A stretch of DNA of 64,000 bases from Macrostomum hystrix (lineage: Eukaryota; Animalia; Platyhelminthes). This document shows, one piece after another, positions 1 through 10,825 of the stretch; the stretch's first letter is position 1; each line of letters opens with the position of its first letter. The position numbers and the translations under genes are program-made. The notes below the pieces were generated by a model. The model did no database searches. It was not told the origin of the DNA and worked only from the letters and a program-made list of their open reading frames with translations. Location: contig CATNEN010000038.1 of assembly GCA_950097015.1 (NCBI GenBank), forward strand, positions 3,596,001 through 3,660,000, in the 5' to 3' direction.

Positions 1-3000
1 GTCGCGTCTCGGAGTTGTAGACCCTCGAGTCCCCCCCACTCTGATATCTCCCATTTTAAAAGTACTTTTCGTCACCTCACTGAATCTGGTGGTCAAAAGA
101 AGCTGAAAACTCAGATCTGGAAGGAAACAATATCTGTGAACACGGCTGTAAAATTTCAGAGCCCTGACTAGTCGCGTCTCGGAGTTGTAGACCCTCGAGT
201 CCCCCCCACTCTGATATCTCCCATTTTAAAAGTACTTTTCGTCACCTCACTGAATCTGGTGGTCAAAAGAAGCTGAAAACTCAGATCTGGAAGGAAACAT
301 TATCTGTGAACACGGCTGTAAAATTTCAGAGCCCTGACTAGTCGCGTCTCGGAGTTGTAGACCCTCGAGTCCCCCCCACTCTGATATCTCCCATTTTAAA
401 AGTACTTTTCGTCACCTCACTGAATCTGGTGGTCAAAAGAAGCTGAAAACTCAGATCTGGAAGGAAACATTATCTGTGAACACGGCTGTAAAATTTCAGA
501 GCCCTGACTAGTCGCGTCTCGGAGTTGTAGACCCTCGAGTCCCCCCCACTCTGATATCTCCCATTTTAAAAGTACTTTTCGTCACCTCACTGAATCTGGT
601 GGTCAGACGAGGCTAAAAACTCAGATCTGGAAGGAAACATTATCTGTAAACACGGCTGTAAAATTTCAGAGCCCTGACTAGTCGCGTCTCGGAGTTGTAG
701 ACCCTCGAGTCCCCCCCACTCTGATATCTCCCATTTTAAAAGTACTTTTCGTCACCTCACTGAATCTGGTGGTCAGACGAGGCTAAAAACTCAGATCTGG
801 AAGGAAACATTATCTGTAAACACGGCTGTAAAATTTCAGAGCCCTGACTAGTCGCGTCTCGGAGTTGTAGACCCTCGAGTCCCCCCCACTCTGATATCTC
901 CCATTTTAAAAGTACTTTTCGTCACCTCACTGAATCTGGTGGTCAAAAGAAGCTAAAAACTCAGATCTGGAAGGAAACATTATCTGTAAACACGGCTGTA
1001 AAATTTCAGAGCCCTGACTAGTCGCGTCTCGGAGTTGTAGACCCTCGAGTCCCCCCCACTCTGATATCTCCCATTTTAAAAGTACTTTTCGTCACCTCAC
1101 TGAATCTGGTGGTCAAAAGAAGCTGAAAACTCAGATCTGGAAGGAAACATTATCTGTGAACACGGCTGTAAAATTTCAGAGCCCTGACTAGTCGCGTCTC
1201 GGAGTTGTAGACCCTCGAGTCCCCCCCACTCTGATATCTCCCATTTTAAAAGTACTTTTCGTCACCTCACTGAATCTGGTGGTCAGACGAGGCTAAAAAC
1301 TCAGATCTGGAAGGAAACATTATCTGTAAACACGGCTGTAAAATTTCAGAGCCCTGACTAGTCGCGTCTCGGAGTTGTAGACCCTCGAGTCCCCCCCACT
1401 CTGATATCTCCCATTTTAAAAGTACTTTTCGTCACCTCACTGAATCTGGTGGTCAAAAGAAGCTGAAAACTCAGATCTGGAAGGAAACATTATCTGTGAA
1501 CACGGCTGTAAAATTTCAGAGCCCTGACTAGTCGCGTCTCGGAGTTGTAGACCCTCGAGTCCCCCCCACTCTGATATCTCCCATCTTAAAAGTACTTTTC
1601 GTCACCTCACTGAATCTGGTGGTCAGACGAGGCTAAAAACTCAAATCTGGAAGGAAACATTATCTGTAAACACGGCTGTAAAATTTCAGAGCCCTGACTA
1701 GTCGCGTCTCGGAGTTGTAGACCCTCGAGTCCCCCCCACTCTGATATCTCCCATTTTAAAAGTACTTTTCGTCACCTCACTGAATCTGGTGGTCAAAAGA
1801 AGCTGAAAACTCAGATCTGGAAGGAAACATTATCTGTGAACACGGCTGTAAAATTTCAGAGCCCTGACTAGTCGCGTCTCGGAGTTGTAGACCCTCGAGT
1901 CCCCCCCACTCTGATATCTCCCATTTTAAAAGTATTTTTCGTCACCTCACTGAATCTGGTGGTCAGACGAGGCTAAAAACTCAGATCTGGAAGGAAACAT
2001 TATCTGTAAACACGGCTGTAAAATTTCAGAGCCCTGACTAGTCGCGTCTCGGAGTTGTAGACCCTCGAGTCCCCCCCACTCTGATATCTCCCATTTTAAA
2101 AGTACTTTTCGTCACCTCACTGAATCTGGTGGTCAGACGAGGCTAAAAACTCAGATCTGGAAGGAAACATTATCTGTAAACACGGCTGTAAAATTTCAGA
2201 GCCCTGACTAGTCGCGTCTCGGAGTTGTAGACCCTCGAGTCCCCCCCACTCTGATATCTCCCATTTTAAAAGTACTTTTCGTCACCTCACTGAATCTGGT
2301 GGTCAAAAGAAGCTAAAAACTCAGATCTGGAAGGAAACATTATCTGTAAACACGGCTGTAAAATTTCAGAGCCCTGACTAGTCGCGTCTCGGAGTTGTAG
2401 ACCCTCGAGTCCCCCCCACTCTGATATCTCCCATTTTAAAAGTACTTTTCGTCACCTCACTGAATCTGGTGGTCAAAAGAAGCTGAAAACTCAGATCTGG
2501 AAGGAAACATTATCTGTGAACACGGCTGTAAAATTTCAGAGCCCTGACTAGTCGCGTCTCGGAGTTGTAGACCCTCGAGTCCCCCCCACTCTGATATCTC
2601 CCATTTTAAAAGTACTTTTCGTCACCTCACTGAATCTGGTGGTCAGACGAGGCTAAAAACTCAGATCTGGAAGGAAACATTATCTGTAAACACGGCTGTA
2701 AAATTTCAGAGCCCTGACTAGTCGCGTCTCGGAGTTGTAGACCCTCGAGTCCCCCCCACTCTGATATCTCCCATTTTAAAAGTACTTTTCGTCACCTCAC
2801 TGAATCTGGTGGTCAAAAGAAGCTGAAAACTCAGATCTGGAAGGAAACATTATCTGTGAACACGGCTGTAAAATTTCAGAGCCCTGACTAGTCGCGTCTC
2901 GGAGTTGTAGACCCTCGAGTCCCCCCCACTCTGATATCTCCCATCTTAAAAGTACTTTTCGTCACCTCACTGAATCTGGTGGTCAGACGAGGCTAAAAAC

Positions 3001-5672
3001 TCAAATCTGGAAGGAAACATTATCTGTAAACACGGCTGTAAAATTTCAGAGCCCTGACTAGTCGCGTCTCGGAGTTGTAGACCCTCGAGTCCCCCCCACT
3101 CTGATATCTCCCATTTTAAAAGTACTTTTCGTCACCTCACTGAATCTGGTGGTCAAAAGAAGCTGAAAACTCAGATCTGGAAGGAAACATTATCTGTGAA
3201 CACGGCTGTAAAATTTCAGAGCCCTGACTAGTCGCGTCTCGGAGTTGTAGACCCTCGAGTCCCCCCCACTCTGATATCTCCCATTTTAAAAGTATTTTTC
3301 GTCACCTCACTGAATCTGGTGGTCAGACGAGGCTAAAAACTCAGATCTGGAAGGAAACATTATCTGTAAACACGGCTGTAAAATTTCAGAGCCCTGACTA
3401 GTCGCGTCTCGGAGTTGTAGACCCTCGAGTCCCCCCCACTCTGATATCTCCCATTTTAAAAGTACTTTTCGTCACCTCACTGAATCTGGTGGTCAGACGA
3501 GGCTAAAAACTCAGATCTGGAAGGAAACATTATCTGTAAACACGGCTGTAAAATTTCAGAGCCCTGACTAGTCGCGTCTCGGAGTTGTAGACCCTCGAGT
3601 CCCCCCCACTCTGATATCTCCCATTTTAAAAGTACTTTTCGTCACCTCACTGAATCTGGTGGTCAAAAGAAGCTGAAAACTCAGATCTGGAAGGAAACAT
3701 TATCTGTGAACACGGCTGTAAAATTTCAGAGCCCTGACTAGTCGCGTCTCGGAGTTGTAGACCCTCGAGTCCCCCCCACTCTGATATCTCCCATTTTAAA
3801 AGTACTTTTCGTCACCTCACTGAATCTGGTGGTCAGACGAGGCTAAAAACTCAGATCTGGAAGGAAACATTATCTGTGAACACGGCTGTAAAATTTCAGA
3901 GCCCTGACTATTCGCGTCTCGGAGTTGTAGACCCTCGAGTCCCCCCCACTCTGATATCTCCCATTTTAAAAGTACTTTTCGTCACCTCACTGAATCTGGT
4001 GGTCAAAAGAAGCTGAAAACTCAGATCTGGAAGGAAACATTATCTGTGAACACGGCTGTAAAATTTCAGAGCCCTGACTAGTCGCGTCTCGGAGTTGTAG
4101 ACCCTCGAGTCCCCCCCACTCTGATATCTCCCATTTTAAAAGTACTTTTCGTCACCTCACTGAATCTGGTGGTCAGACGAGGCTAAAAACTCAGATCTGG
4201 AAGGAAACATTATCTGTGAACACGGCTGTAAAATTTCAGAGCCCTGACTATTCGCGTCTCGGAGTTGTAGACCCTCGAGTCCCCCCCACTCTGATATCTC
4301 CCATTTTAAAAGTACTTTTCGTCACCTCACTGAATCTGGTGGTCAAAAGAAGCTGAAAACTCAGATCTGGAAGGAAACATTATCTGTAAACACGGCTGTA
4401 AAATTTCAGAGCCCTGACTAGTCGCGTCTCGGAGTTGTAGACCCTCGAGTCCCCCCCACTCTGATATCTCCCATCTTAAAAGTACTTTTCGTCACCTCAC
4501 TGAATCTGGTGGTCAAAAGAAGCTGAAAACTCAGATCTGGAAGGAAACATTATCTGTGAACACGGCTGTAAAATTTCAGAGCCCTGACTAGTCGCGTCTC
4601 GGAGTTGTAGACCCTCGAGTCCCCCCCACTCTGATATCTCCCATTTTAAAAGTACTTTTCGTCACCTCACTGAATCTGGTGGTCAAAAGAAGCTGAAAAC
4701 TCAGATCTGGAAGGAAACAATATCTGTGAACACGGCTGTAAAATTTCAGAGCCCTGACTAGTCGCGTCTCGGAGTTGTAGACCCTCGAGTCCCCCCCACT
4801 CTGATATCTCCCATTTTAAAAGTACTTTTCGTCACCTCACTGAATCTGGTGGTCAAAAGAAGCTGAAAACTCAGATCTGGAAGGAAACATTATCTGTGAA
4901 CACGGCTGTAAAATTTCAGAGCCCTGACTAGTCGCGTCTCGGAGTTGTAGACCCTCGAGTCCCCCCCACTCTGATATCTCCCATTTTAAAAGTACTTTTC
5001 GTCACCTCACTGAATCTGGTGGTCAAAAGAAGCTGAAAACTCAGATCTGGAAGGAAACATTATCTGTGAACACGGCTGTAAAATTTCAGAGCCCTGACTA
5101 GTCGCGTCTCGGAGTTGTAGACCCTCGAGTCCCCCCACTCTGATATCTCCCATTTTAAAAGTACTTTTCGTCACCTCACTGAATCTGGTGGTCAAAAGAA
5201 GCTGAAAACTCAGATCTGGAAGGAAACATTATCTGTGAACACGGCTGTAAAATTTCAGAGCCCTGACTATGCGCGTCTCGGAGTTGTAGACCCTCGAGTC
5301 CCCCCCACTCTGATATCTCCCATTTTAAAAGTACTTTTCGTCACCTCACTGAATCTGGTGGTCAGACGAGGCTAAAAACTCAGATCTGGAAGGAAACATT
5401 ATCTGTAAACACGGCTGTAAAATTTCAGAGCCCTGACTAGTCGCGTCTCGGAGTTGTAGACCCTCGAGTCCCCCCCACTCTGATATCTCCCATTTTAAAA
5501 GTACTTTTCGTCACCTCACTGAATCTGGTGGTCAAAAGAAGCTGAAAACTCAGATCTGGAAGGAAACATTATCTGTGAACACGGCTGTAAAATTTCAGAG
5601 CCCTGACTAGTCGCGTCTCGGAGTTGTAGACCCTCGAGTCCCCCCCACTCTGATATTTCCCATTTTAAAAGT
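1..5672 (+). repeat. 170-bp tandem satellite, left inverted arm (~33 copies visible)
   Basis: The unit gtcgcgtctcggagttgtag...gccctgacta recurs every 170 bp. Two main subtypes: ggtcaaaagaagctg and ggtcagacgaggcta. Confidence 0.98.
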
Positions 5673-6294
5673 GGGCACAACACAACACCCTCACTCTGAG
5701 ATGCCTGCGTATTTTTAGCGTTGAGTTGCGTAACATGTAGGGATGTAATGCGCAATTGGTAATACAGGGTAATATTTTTGCCTTGTCGTGCACATGGGTC
5801 TCAATTTTCGCATGTTGGATCTGATTTTTGCTATTTGTTTTTTTATTATTTGAAGTACTAATGCCCTCTTATGTTTGTCGGCTTTTGAGGCTTTAGCGTT
5901 TGAAGTTGAGTGTTGAGATTTCAAGCCTCGTGTTTTATAGTCTTCGCATTATTAAAAGCCTTCGTATTTTATAGTGACGATTGCGTATCCTCTATTGCAT
6001 TTAGTTCTTAGTGCTTTGTCCTTACGTTTTATCGCTAATGCCTGACAAAATAAGTGTTCTGGGGTGTGTACCGTGCTCTGTTTTACACTAGTAGCTGGAA
6101 TATCCAATCAGCTGCTTTATCTGCTTCTTGCTTGCTATCTCATATCCCTATCCGAACAACCCATGCATAAATTTTCGAGTATAAAGCCTTGAGGAAAGCA
6201 GATTTCAATCGTCTGCTAGTATATTCATATATTTTTAACCATGATTTTCAGTCTTCGCATCATCGCTTTACTTTCAATTTTCTTTATTTGCTAA

Positions 6295-8040
6295 GCAACC
6301 CACAATCGACGCATTTCTTTTTTTGAACTGTCGCCTGAATATTTTGAAGACTATAGTGATGAGTGCCTTGGCAAATCATTTCGCTGTCCCTATGGTGCTT
6401 GCGGGCAAATTCTGAGCAAGCTTTCAGCAAAGAACACTATTGAAAACCGTCGAGTTGTCTGGCTTTATTATCAGCGTAAAATTGTCGGTAAGTCAAAATC
6501 TTCTGTTTCGAAAAGAAAGAAAACTGCTAATCATAAATCTGCTGTGGTAAGATCCACTCGAGTTGCTGTTGCTGCTTCTGTTGTGCCTGGCCGTGGTGCT
6601 GTTGCTGCTTCTGTTGTGCCTGCTCGTCGTGCTGTTGCTGCTTCTGTTGTGCCTGCCCGGGGTGCTGTTGCTGCTTCTGTTGTGCCTGCTCGTCGTGCTG
6701 TTGCTGCTTCTGTTGTGCCTGCCCGGGGTGCTGTTGCTGCTTCTGTTGTGCCTGCTCGTCGTGCTGTTGCTGCTTCTGTTGTGCCTGCCCGGGGTGCTGT
6801 TGCTGCTTCTGTTGTGCCTGCCCGTGGTGCTGTTGCTGCTTCTGTTGTGCCTGCCCGTGGTGCTGTTGCTGCTTCTGTTTTGCCTGCTCGTCGTGCTGTT
6901 GCTGCTTCTGTTGTGCCTGCCCGGGGTGCTGTTGCTGCTTCTGTTGTGCCTGCTCGTCGTGCTGTTGCTGCTTCTGTTGTGCCTGCCCGGGGTGCTGTTG
7001 CTGCCTCTGTTGTGCCTGCTCGTCGTGCTGTTGCTGCTTCTGTTGTGCCTGCCCGGGGTGCTGTTGCTGCTTCTGTTGTGCCTGCCCGTGGTGCTGTTGC
7101 TGCTTCTGTTGTGCCTGCCCGTGGTGCTGTTGCTGCTTCTGTTGTGCCTGCCCGTGGTGCTGTTGCTGCTTCTGTTGTGCCTGCCCGTTGTGCTGTTGCT
7201 GCTTCTGTTGTGCCTGCCCGTGGTGCTGTTGCTGCTTCTGTTGTGCCTGCCCGTCGTGCTGTTGCTGCTTATGTGGGGCCTGCTCATGGAAGTAATGACG
7301 CTTGTGGTGATGATATGAGTGATTCTAGGAGTGGTGATGCTGGGAGTGATGATGCTGGGAGTGAGGATGCTGGGAGTGATGATGGTTGGAGTGATGATGC
7401 TGGGAGTGATGATGGTTGGAGTGATGATGCTGGGAGTGAGGATGCTGGGAGTGATGATGCTGGGAGTGAGGATGCTGGGAGTGATGATGCTGGGAGTGAG
7501 GATGCTGGGAGTGATGATGGTTGGAGTGATGATGCTGGGAGTGATGATTCAGAAGTAAGGGACTGTACTAATGCTGAAGTTGCTGTTGATTTCGAGAGTG
7601 GTGCAAGCGGATCAATAACTAATTTAGTTTTTCATTTTCGAATAGCTTGGAGCCAGTGGAAAAATAACTTTTTTATCAGGCGGGGAGAAAAAATGCATTC
7701 GATATGTCAGAGAACCGCTTTTTGGTGGCTAAACTGCATTCGTGAAAATTATCGACAATATTGCTCTTCGAATGTGGAAGCAAGTAACTGTGTTCTTAAA
7801 TTTAAGAATCGATATCTGAACTTTCCAAATCTCAGAGCACAAAAGCCAAAATATTTCGTAAAACAGGTCGCATTATGCCAGCATCCCGCATGCAAAATAG
7901 TACACGATTTTAGAATTATAGATTTTCCAACTGAAAATGAGCCTGTGGTGGTAGTTGTTAATTCTAAAGGTGAGAAGAATCATAATCATCCAACGATGTC
8001 TAGAATGACGCCATTAGAATCAGAAAGGATAGCAAATTGA
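6295..8040 (+). CDS. N-terminal part of the MULE/NOF-like transposase, with a zinc-finger-like C-x4-C...H-x-H region; start and exon structure uncertain
   Basis: The frame is open from 6295 to TGA 8040 (the ORF track starts at GTG 6544). The C-terminal part CVLKFKNRY...ALCQHPAC...GEKNHNH resembles the N-terminal zinc-finger region of Mutator-type transposases and runs into the next ORF via a frameshift near 8033-8040. Confidence 0.6.
   Translation, partial: ATHNRRISFFELSPEYFEDYSDECLGKSFRCPYGACGQILSKLSAKNTIENRRVVWLYYQRKIVGKSKSSVSKRKKTANHKSAVVRSTRVAVAASVVPGRGAVAASVVPARRAVAASVVPARGAVAASVVPARRAVAASVVPARGAVAASVVPARRAVAASVVPARGAVAASVVPARGAVAASVVPARGAVAASVLPARRAVAASVVPARGAVAASVVPARRAVAASVVPARGAVAASVVPARRAVAASVVPARGAVAASVVPARGAVAASVVPARGAVAASVVPARGAVAASVVPARCAVAASVVPARGAVAASVVPARRAVAAYVGPAHGSNDACGDDMSDSRSGDAGSDDAGSEDAGSDDGWSDDAGSDDGWSDDAGSEDAGSDDAGSEDAGSDDAGSEDAGSDDGWSDDAGSDDSEVRDCTNAEVAVDFESGASGSITNLVFHFRIAWSQWKNNFFIRRGEKMHSICQRTAFWWLNCIRENYRQYCSSNVEASNCVLKFKNRYLNFPNLRAQKPKYFVKQVALCQHPACKIVHDFRIIDFPTENEPVVVVVNSKGEKNHNHPTMSRMTPLESERIAN
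6563..7280 (+). repeat. 33-bp minisatellite (~21 copies; GAVAASVVPAR in the ORF frame)
   Basis: ggtgctgttgctgcttctgttgtgcctgcccgt repeated in tandem. Confidence 0.95.
7330..7548 (+). repeat. 15-bp minisatellite encoding acidic DAGSD/E repeats
   Basis: gatgctgggagtgat repeated ~14 times. Confidence 0.92.
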
Positions 8041-10366
8041 AACTGAAGCACCAACTGATGTACATGATAGACTACTCTCGGAAATGACAGATAAAGAGAT
8101 AAAGGAAAATGACTTTTCTCGATCAAAAAATTTGGATGCCATTCGGCGGGTAAACGCGAAGCGGTTGGTTGCCGCAGAAGAACGGCTGCATAAAAATGTT
8201 GAAGTCGAAATTGCTGCTTTGCAACGAATACTGAGCGAAACAGACACAGAGAGTAAGAGTATACGCGGATACATTCAAGCTGTGTCTCGCCATCCATTTC
8301 ATGTACATCTGTACCTCGAAAGACAGCTTAGACTTGTTACAAGTAGGCCGCAGTGTGTTTTACATCTAGATGCCACTGGAAGCATTTTCAAGAGAATGAA
8401 TTTCGCAGGTAGCCAAATATTTCTTTACTCGCTGACAATGCCCTCCGATAACGGTCAGACGCGTGGTGTGCCTGTGGCCGAAATGATAACAAGTGAGCAT
8501 AGGACCAAATCAATCCAACACTTTTTGTTTTCTGTCCGCGCAGATTTGGGCACACTAGCAAGCAGTACTATTATGTCGCATGACTATTTACCCGCTGTCA
8601 TCGTCACGGACTTCTCTTGGGCTATGTTACACTCGGTATGCCAGTCATTTGGCACCAGCTTAGAGCAATACCTTATTGATACGCATTGTGCGTTACGCAT
8701 GGGGAAACAAATCAAGTACACGATTCCATTCATTTGCACAAATCACGTAATCCGTGCGTTCATTAATGGCATACAACTAAAGTCTAAAACTGCGGAAGGT
8801 AAAGCTATGCGGGAATTATTTATTAGCGCATTTGTCTTTTTATTACATCAGGAGACTTTTGAAGCGTTTGAAACTACCTTGAGTCTCACTGTAGATACAT
8901 TTTTAGGGCAGCGAGATCCGAAAGAATTAAGATCAGCGATTAACAATTGGGAAACTGAGCCCGTGGACGAAGAATATTCGCTCTACAACGACGATGAAAT
9001 AAATAACGATAAGGAAGAGCAGGCCGAAAGTTCTCGATTTGCTTCTCTGCGCGAAGGCTCTCCGTACATTTTTCTTTTCAAGTCCCGACAGGCAAGTATT
9101 GATGCAACCGACGAGCCAGCCGGGCCATTTAAAAGCTATTACTCACCAAAACTGCTGGTTTACTTGCTGAAGCACTGGTGTAGTTTAGCTCCATTGTTCT
9201 GCCATTTCATCGGGAGTATCAAGAGCTTCAGAAAGAATAAAAGTTGGTTTTCAAACTCTTACGTAGAATCGTACTTTTCAGACGTTAAATCTCGAAAAAC
9301 AAGGTTCGGCAAGGCTTCCAGGGTGAACGTGTCGAGTTTTATTTGCGGACGGTTAAAATATTTAAAAACAAGATTAACAGCTTTCGACATAATCAACAAA
9401 GTAGGGAAAGCAACGTTATCTGGAAGGAAGAGAAAGCACGAAGATATTTCCTTTTCTCGCGAGGAGTGGCGAAGGGCCGAGCGGGTTAGTCGTTCAAAGT
9501 ACAAGCGACAGAGAACAGAATCAGCGACAAAGAATAGAAAGCAGCAAGGCACAGCAGAACGGGAACAGGTGTGGTGCACCCGCGCTGGAGACTTCCTAAC
9601 TGAGTTTGATAGAGAATCATTGGAACCCGGAAAGTGGCTTTCTGTCGGAATAGTAAATTCATTCATACATCTACTTTGCGTATGCAACCCAAGCAGCAAA
9701 GCGGGCCACCTACCATCCAGCTTCTTTAGCTGCATTCGCAAAGGAGATTCGAGCGCTGCGATTGACATGCTAAGAGCGACAGTTTCAAACAAATGCACCC
9801 GTTTAATCTGTCCGATTCTTCAGAACGACCACTTCTACTTAGTCTATATTGACACAACACGCAAAGAACTAGCTGTCCTAGACACAAAACCTATCTCAGA
9901 TAAGTCGATACCAAAACATTTTATAAAACTATGGCAAAACCTAATCAAAAGCACCACCAGTATTCGCGAAGACATGCCAGAAATTTTAGGTACGTATAAA
10001 AATAAATCAATGTTGAGATCATTGCAGTTTGATGGTCATAGCTGTGGTGTATTTGTCTGTCTGTACGCGAAAGTTCTAGTAACATCCGTTGATACCGAGT
10101 TCCGAGCTTTGTGCTTTCCAACAACGGAGGGATTTCTTAACAGAGCTCGAATCTGCATCTGGAAAGACTTGGAAAGAGAAAATGAAGAATCCACCAACTC
10201 GTGCGTTCGCTGTCATGAAGCTGAACCCAGTGCGACTGGAACTTGGCTGCAATGTGATCTTTGTGATTCATGGCTGCACCATGAGTGTGCATCGAAAGAT
10301 ATGCACCAGCGCCACGCGTCCAACGGCTACGTCTGCTGCTGTGCCGAGTACGCAGCAACGCGATAG
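8033..10366 (+). CDS. MULE/NOF-type DDE transposase fused to a Ulp1-like (C48) cysteine protease and a C-terminal PHD finger
   Basis: Transposase motifs: LHLDATGS (D1), IVTDFSWAM (D2), ICTNH (CxxH), SNSYVESYF (E). Basic NLS-like GRKRKH. Protease motifs: WLSVGIVNSF, NDHFYL (His), VLDT (Asp), LQFDGHSCGVF (Gln/Cys). PHD: CVRC...WLQCDLCDSWLHHEC...YVCCC. The frame is open from 8033; first ATG at 8084. Confidence 0.88.
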   Translation, partial: QIETEAPTDVHDRLLSEMTDKEIKENDFSRSKNLDAIRRVNAKRLVAAEERLHKNVEVEIAALQRILSETDTESKSIRGYIQAVSRHPFHVHLYLERQLRLVTSRPQCVLHLDATGSIFKRMNFAGSQIFLYSLTMPSDNGQTRGVPVAEMITSEHRTKSIQHFLFSVRADLGTLASSTIMSHDYLPAVIVTDFSWAMLHSVCQSFGTSLEQYLIDTHCALRMGKQIKYTIPFICTNHVIRAFINGIQLKSKTAEGKAMRELFISAFVFLLHQETFEAFETTLSLTVDTFLGQRDPKELRSAINNWETEPVDEEYSLYNDDEINNDKEEQAESSRFASLREGSPYIFLFKSRQASIDATDEPAGPFKSYYSPKLLVYLLKHWCSLAPLFCHFIGSIKSFRKNKSWFSNSYVESYFSDVKSRKTRFGKASRVNVSSFICGRLKYLKTRLTAFDIINKVGKATLSGRKRKHEDISFSREEWRRAERVSRSKYKRQRTESATKNRKQQGTAEREQVWCTRAGDFLTEFDRESLEPGKWLSVGIVNSFIHLLCVCNPSSKAGHLPSSFFSCIRKGDSSAAIDMLRATVSNKCTRLICPILQNDHFYLVYIDTTRKELAVLDTKPISDKSIPKHFIKLWQNLIKSTTSIREDMPEILGTYKNKSMLRSLQFDGHSCGVFVCLYAKVLVTSVDTEFRALCFPTTEGFLNRARICIWKDLERENEESTNSCVRCHEAEPSATGTWLQCDLCDSWLHHECASKDMHQRHASNGYVCCCAEYAATR

Positions 10367-10661
10367 CTGGATGGATGCACCAAGAAGTGCAGCGAAAAAA
10401 TGTACTCACACTAATTACTAAAAGCTACTTGCTTAAAAATAAAATGTCAATTCTGTAGTTTTTGTTATAACAACAAGTCAATTCTGTAAACAATTATGGC
10501 ACCGCTTTGCAATGTAAAACTGTGAATAATCTAAGCTGCAAAATATTATAAGACATATGTAAAATAGTGGCCTTTGTGTGACACAGAAACACTAATACGA
10601 ACAAAAACCTTAAAAAATAAACAAAAATCTTCTAACACCGAACTTAAAATATATTAAAGAC

Positions 10662-10724
10662 TTTGTGAAAAACTCTGCCTTAGCCAGTCCCAAGCCTGGT
10701 TTCAAAAAGAGGAGGGCTCACGAA
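10662..10724 (+). ncRNA. Twister ribozyme (P1 type, no P3 stem)
   Basis: tttgtga-aaaa-CTC-TGCC-tta-gCCAG-TCCCAAGC-CTGG-tttcaaaaa-GAG-GAGGG-c-tcacgaa fits the twister layout. Stems: P1 tttgtga/tcacgaa, P2 CTC/GAG, P4 CCAG/CTGG. Pseudoknots: CCC:GGG and GC:GC. Confidence 0.82.
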
Positions 10725-10825
10725 AAATATACCAAAAGCAAATCTTAAATTATATTCAGTAAAATCAAACAAAAAAACTACAAAAAATACAGACTACAAA
10801 AACAATAGCTCCTTCGAAACCTCAT

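Noticed and set aside
5007-5924. Short minus-strand ORFs at the left-arm boundary
   Set aside because: They arise from chance openings in the satellite and AT-rich DNA and have no domain features.
6493-7558. Alternative-frame ORFs (poly-Leu, SSNSTTGRHNR, MLGV repeats)
   Set aside because: These are other readings of the 33-bp and 15-bp minisatellites.
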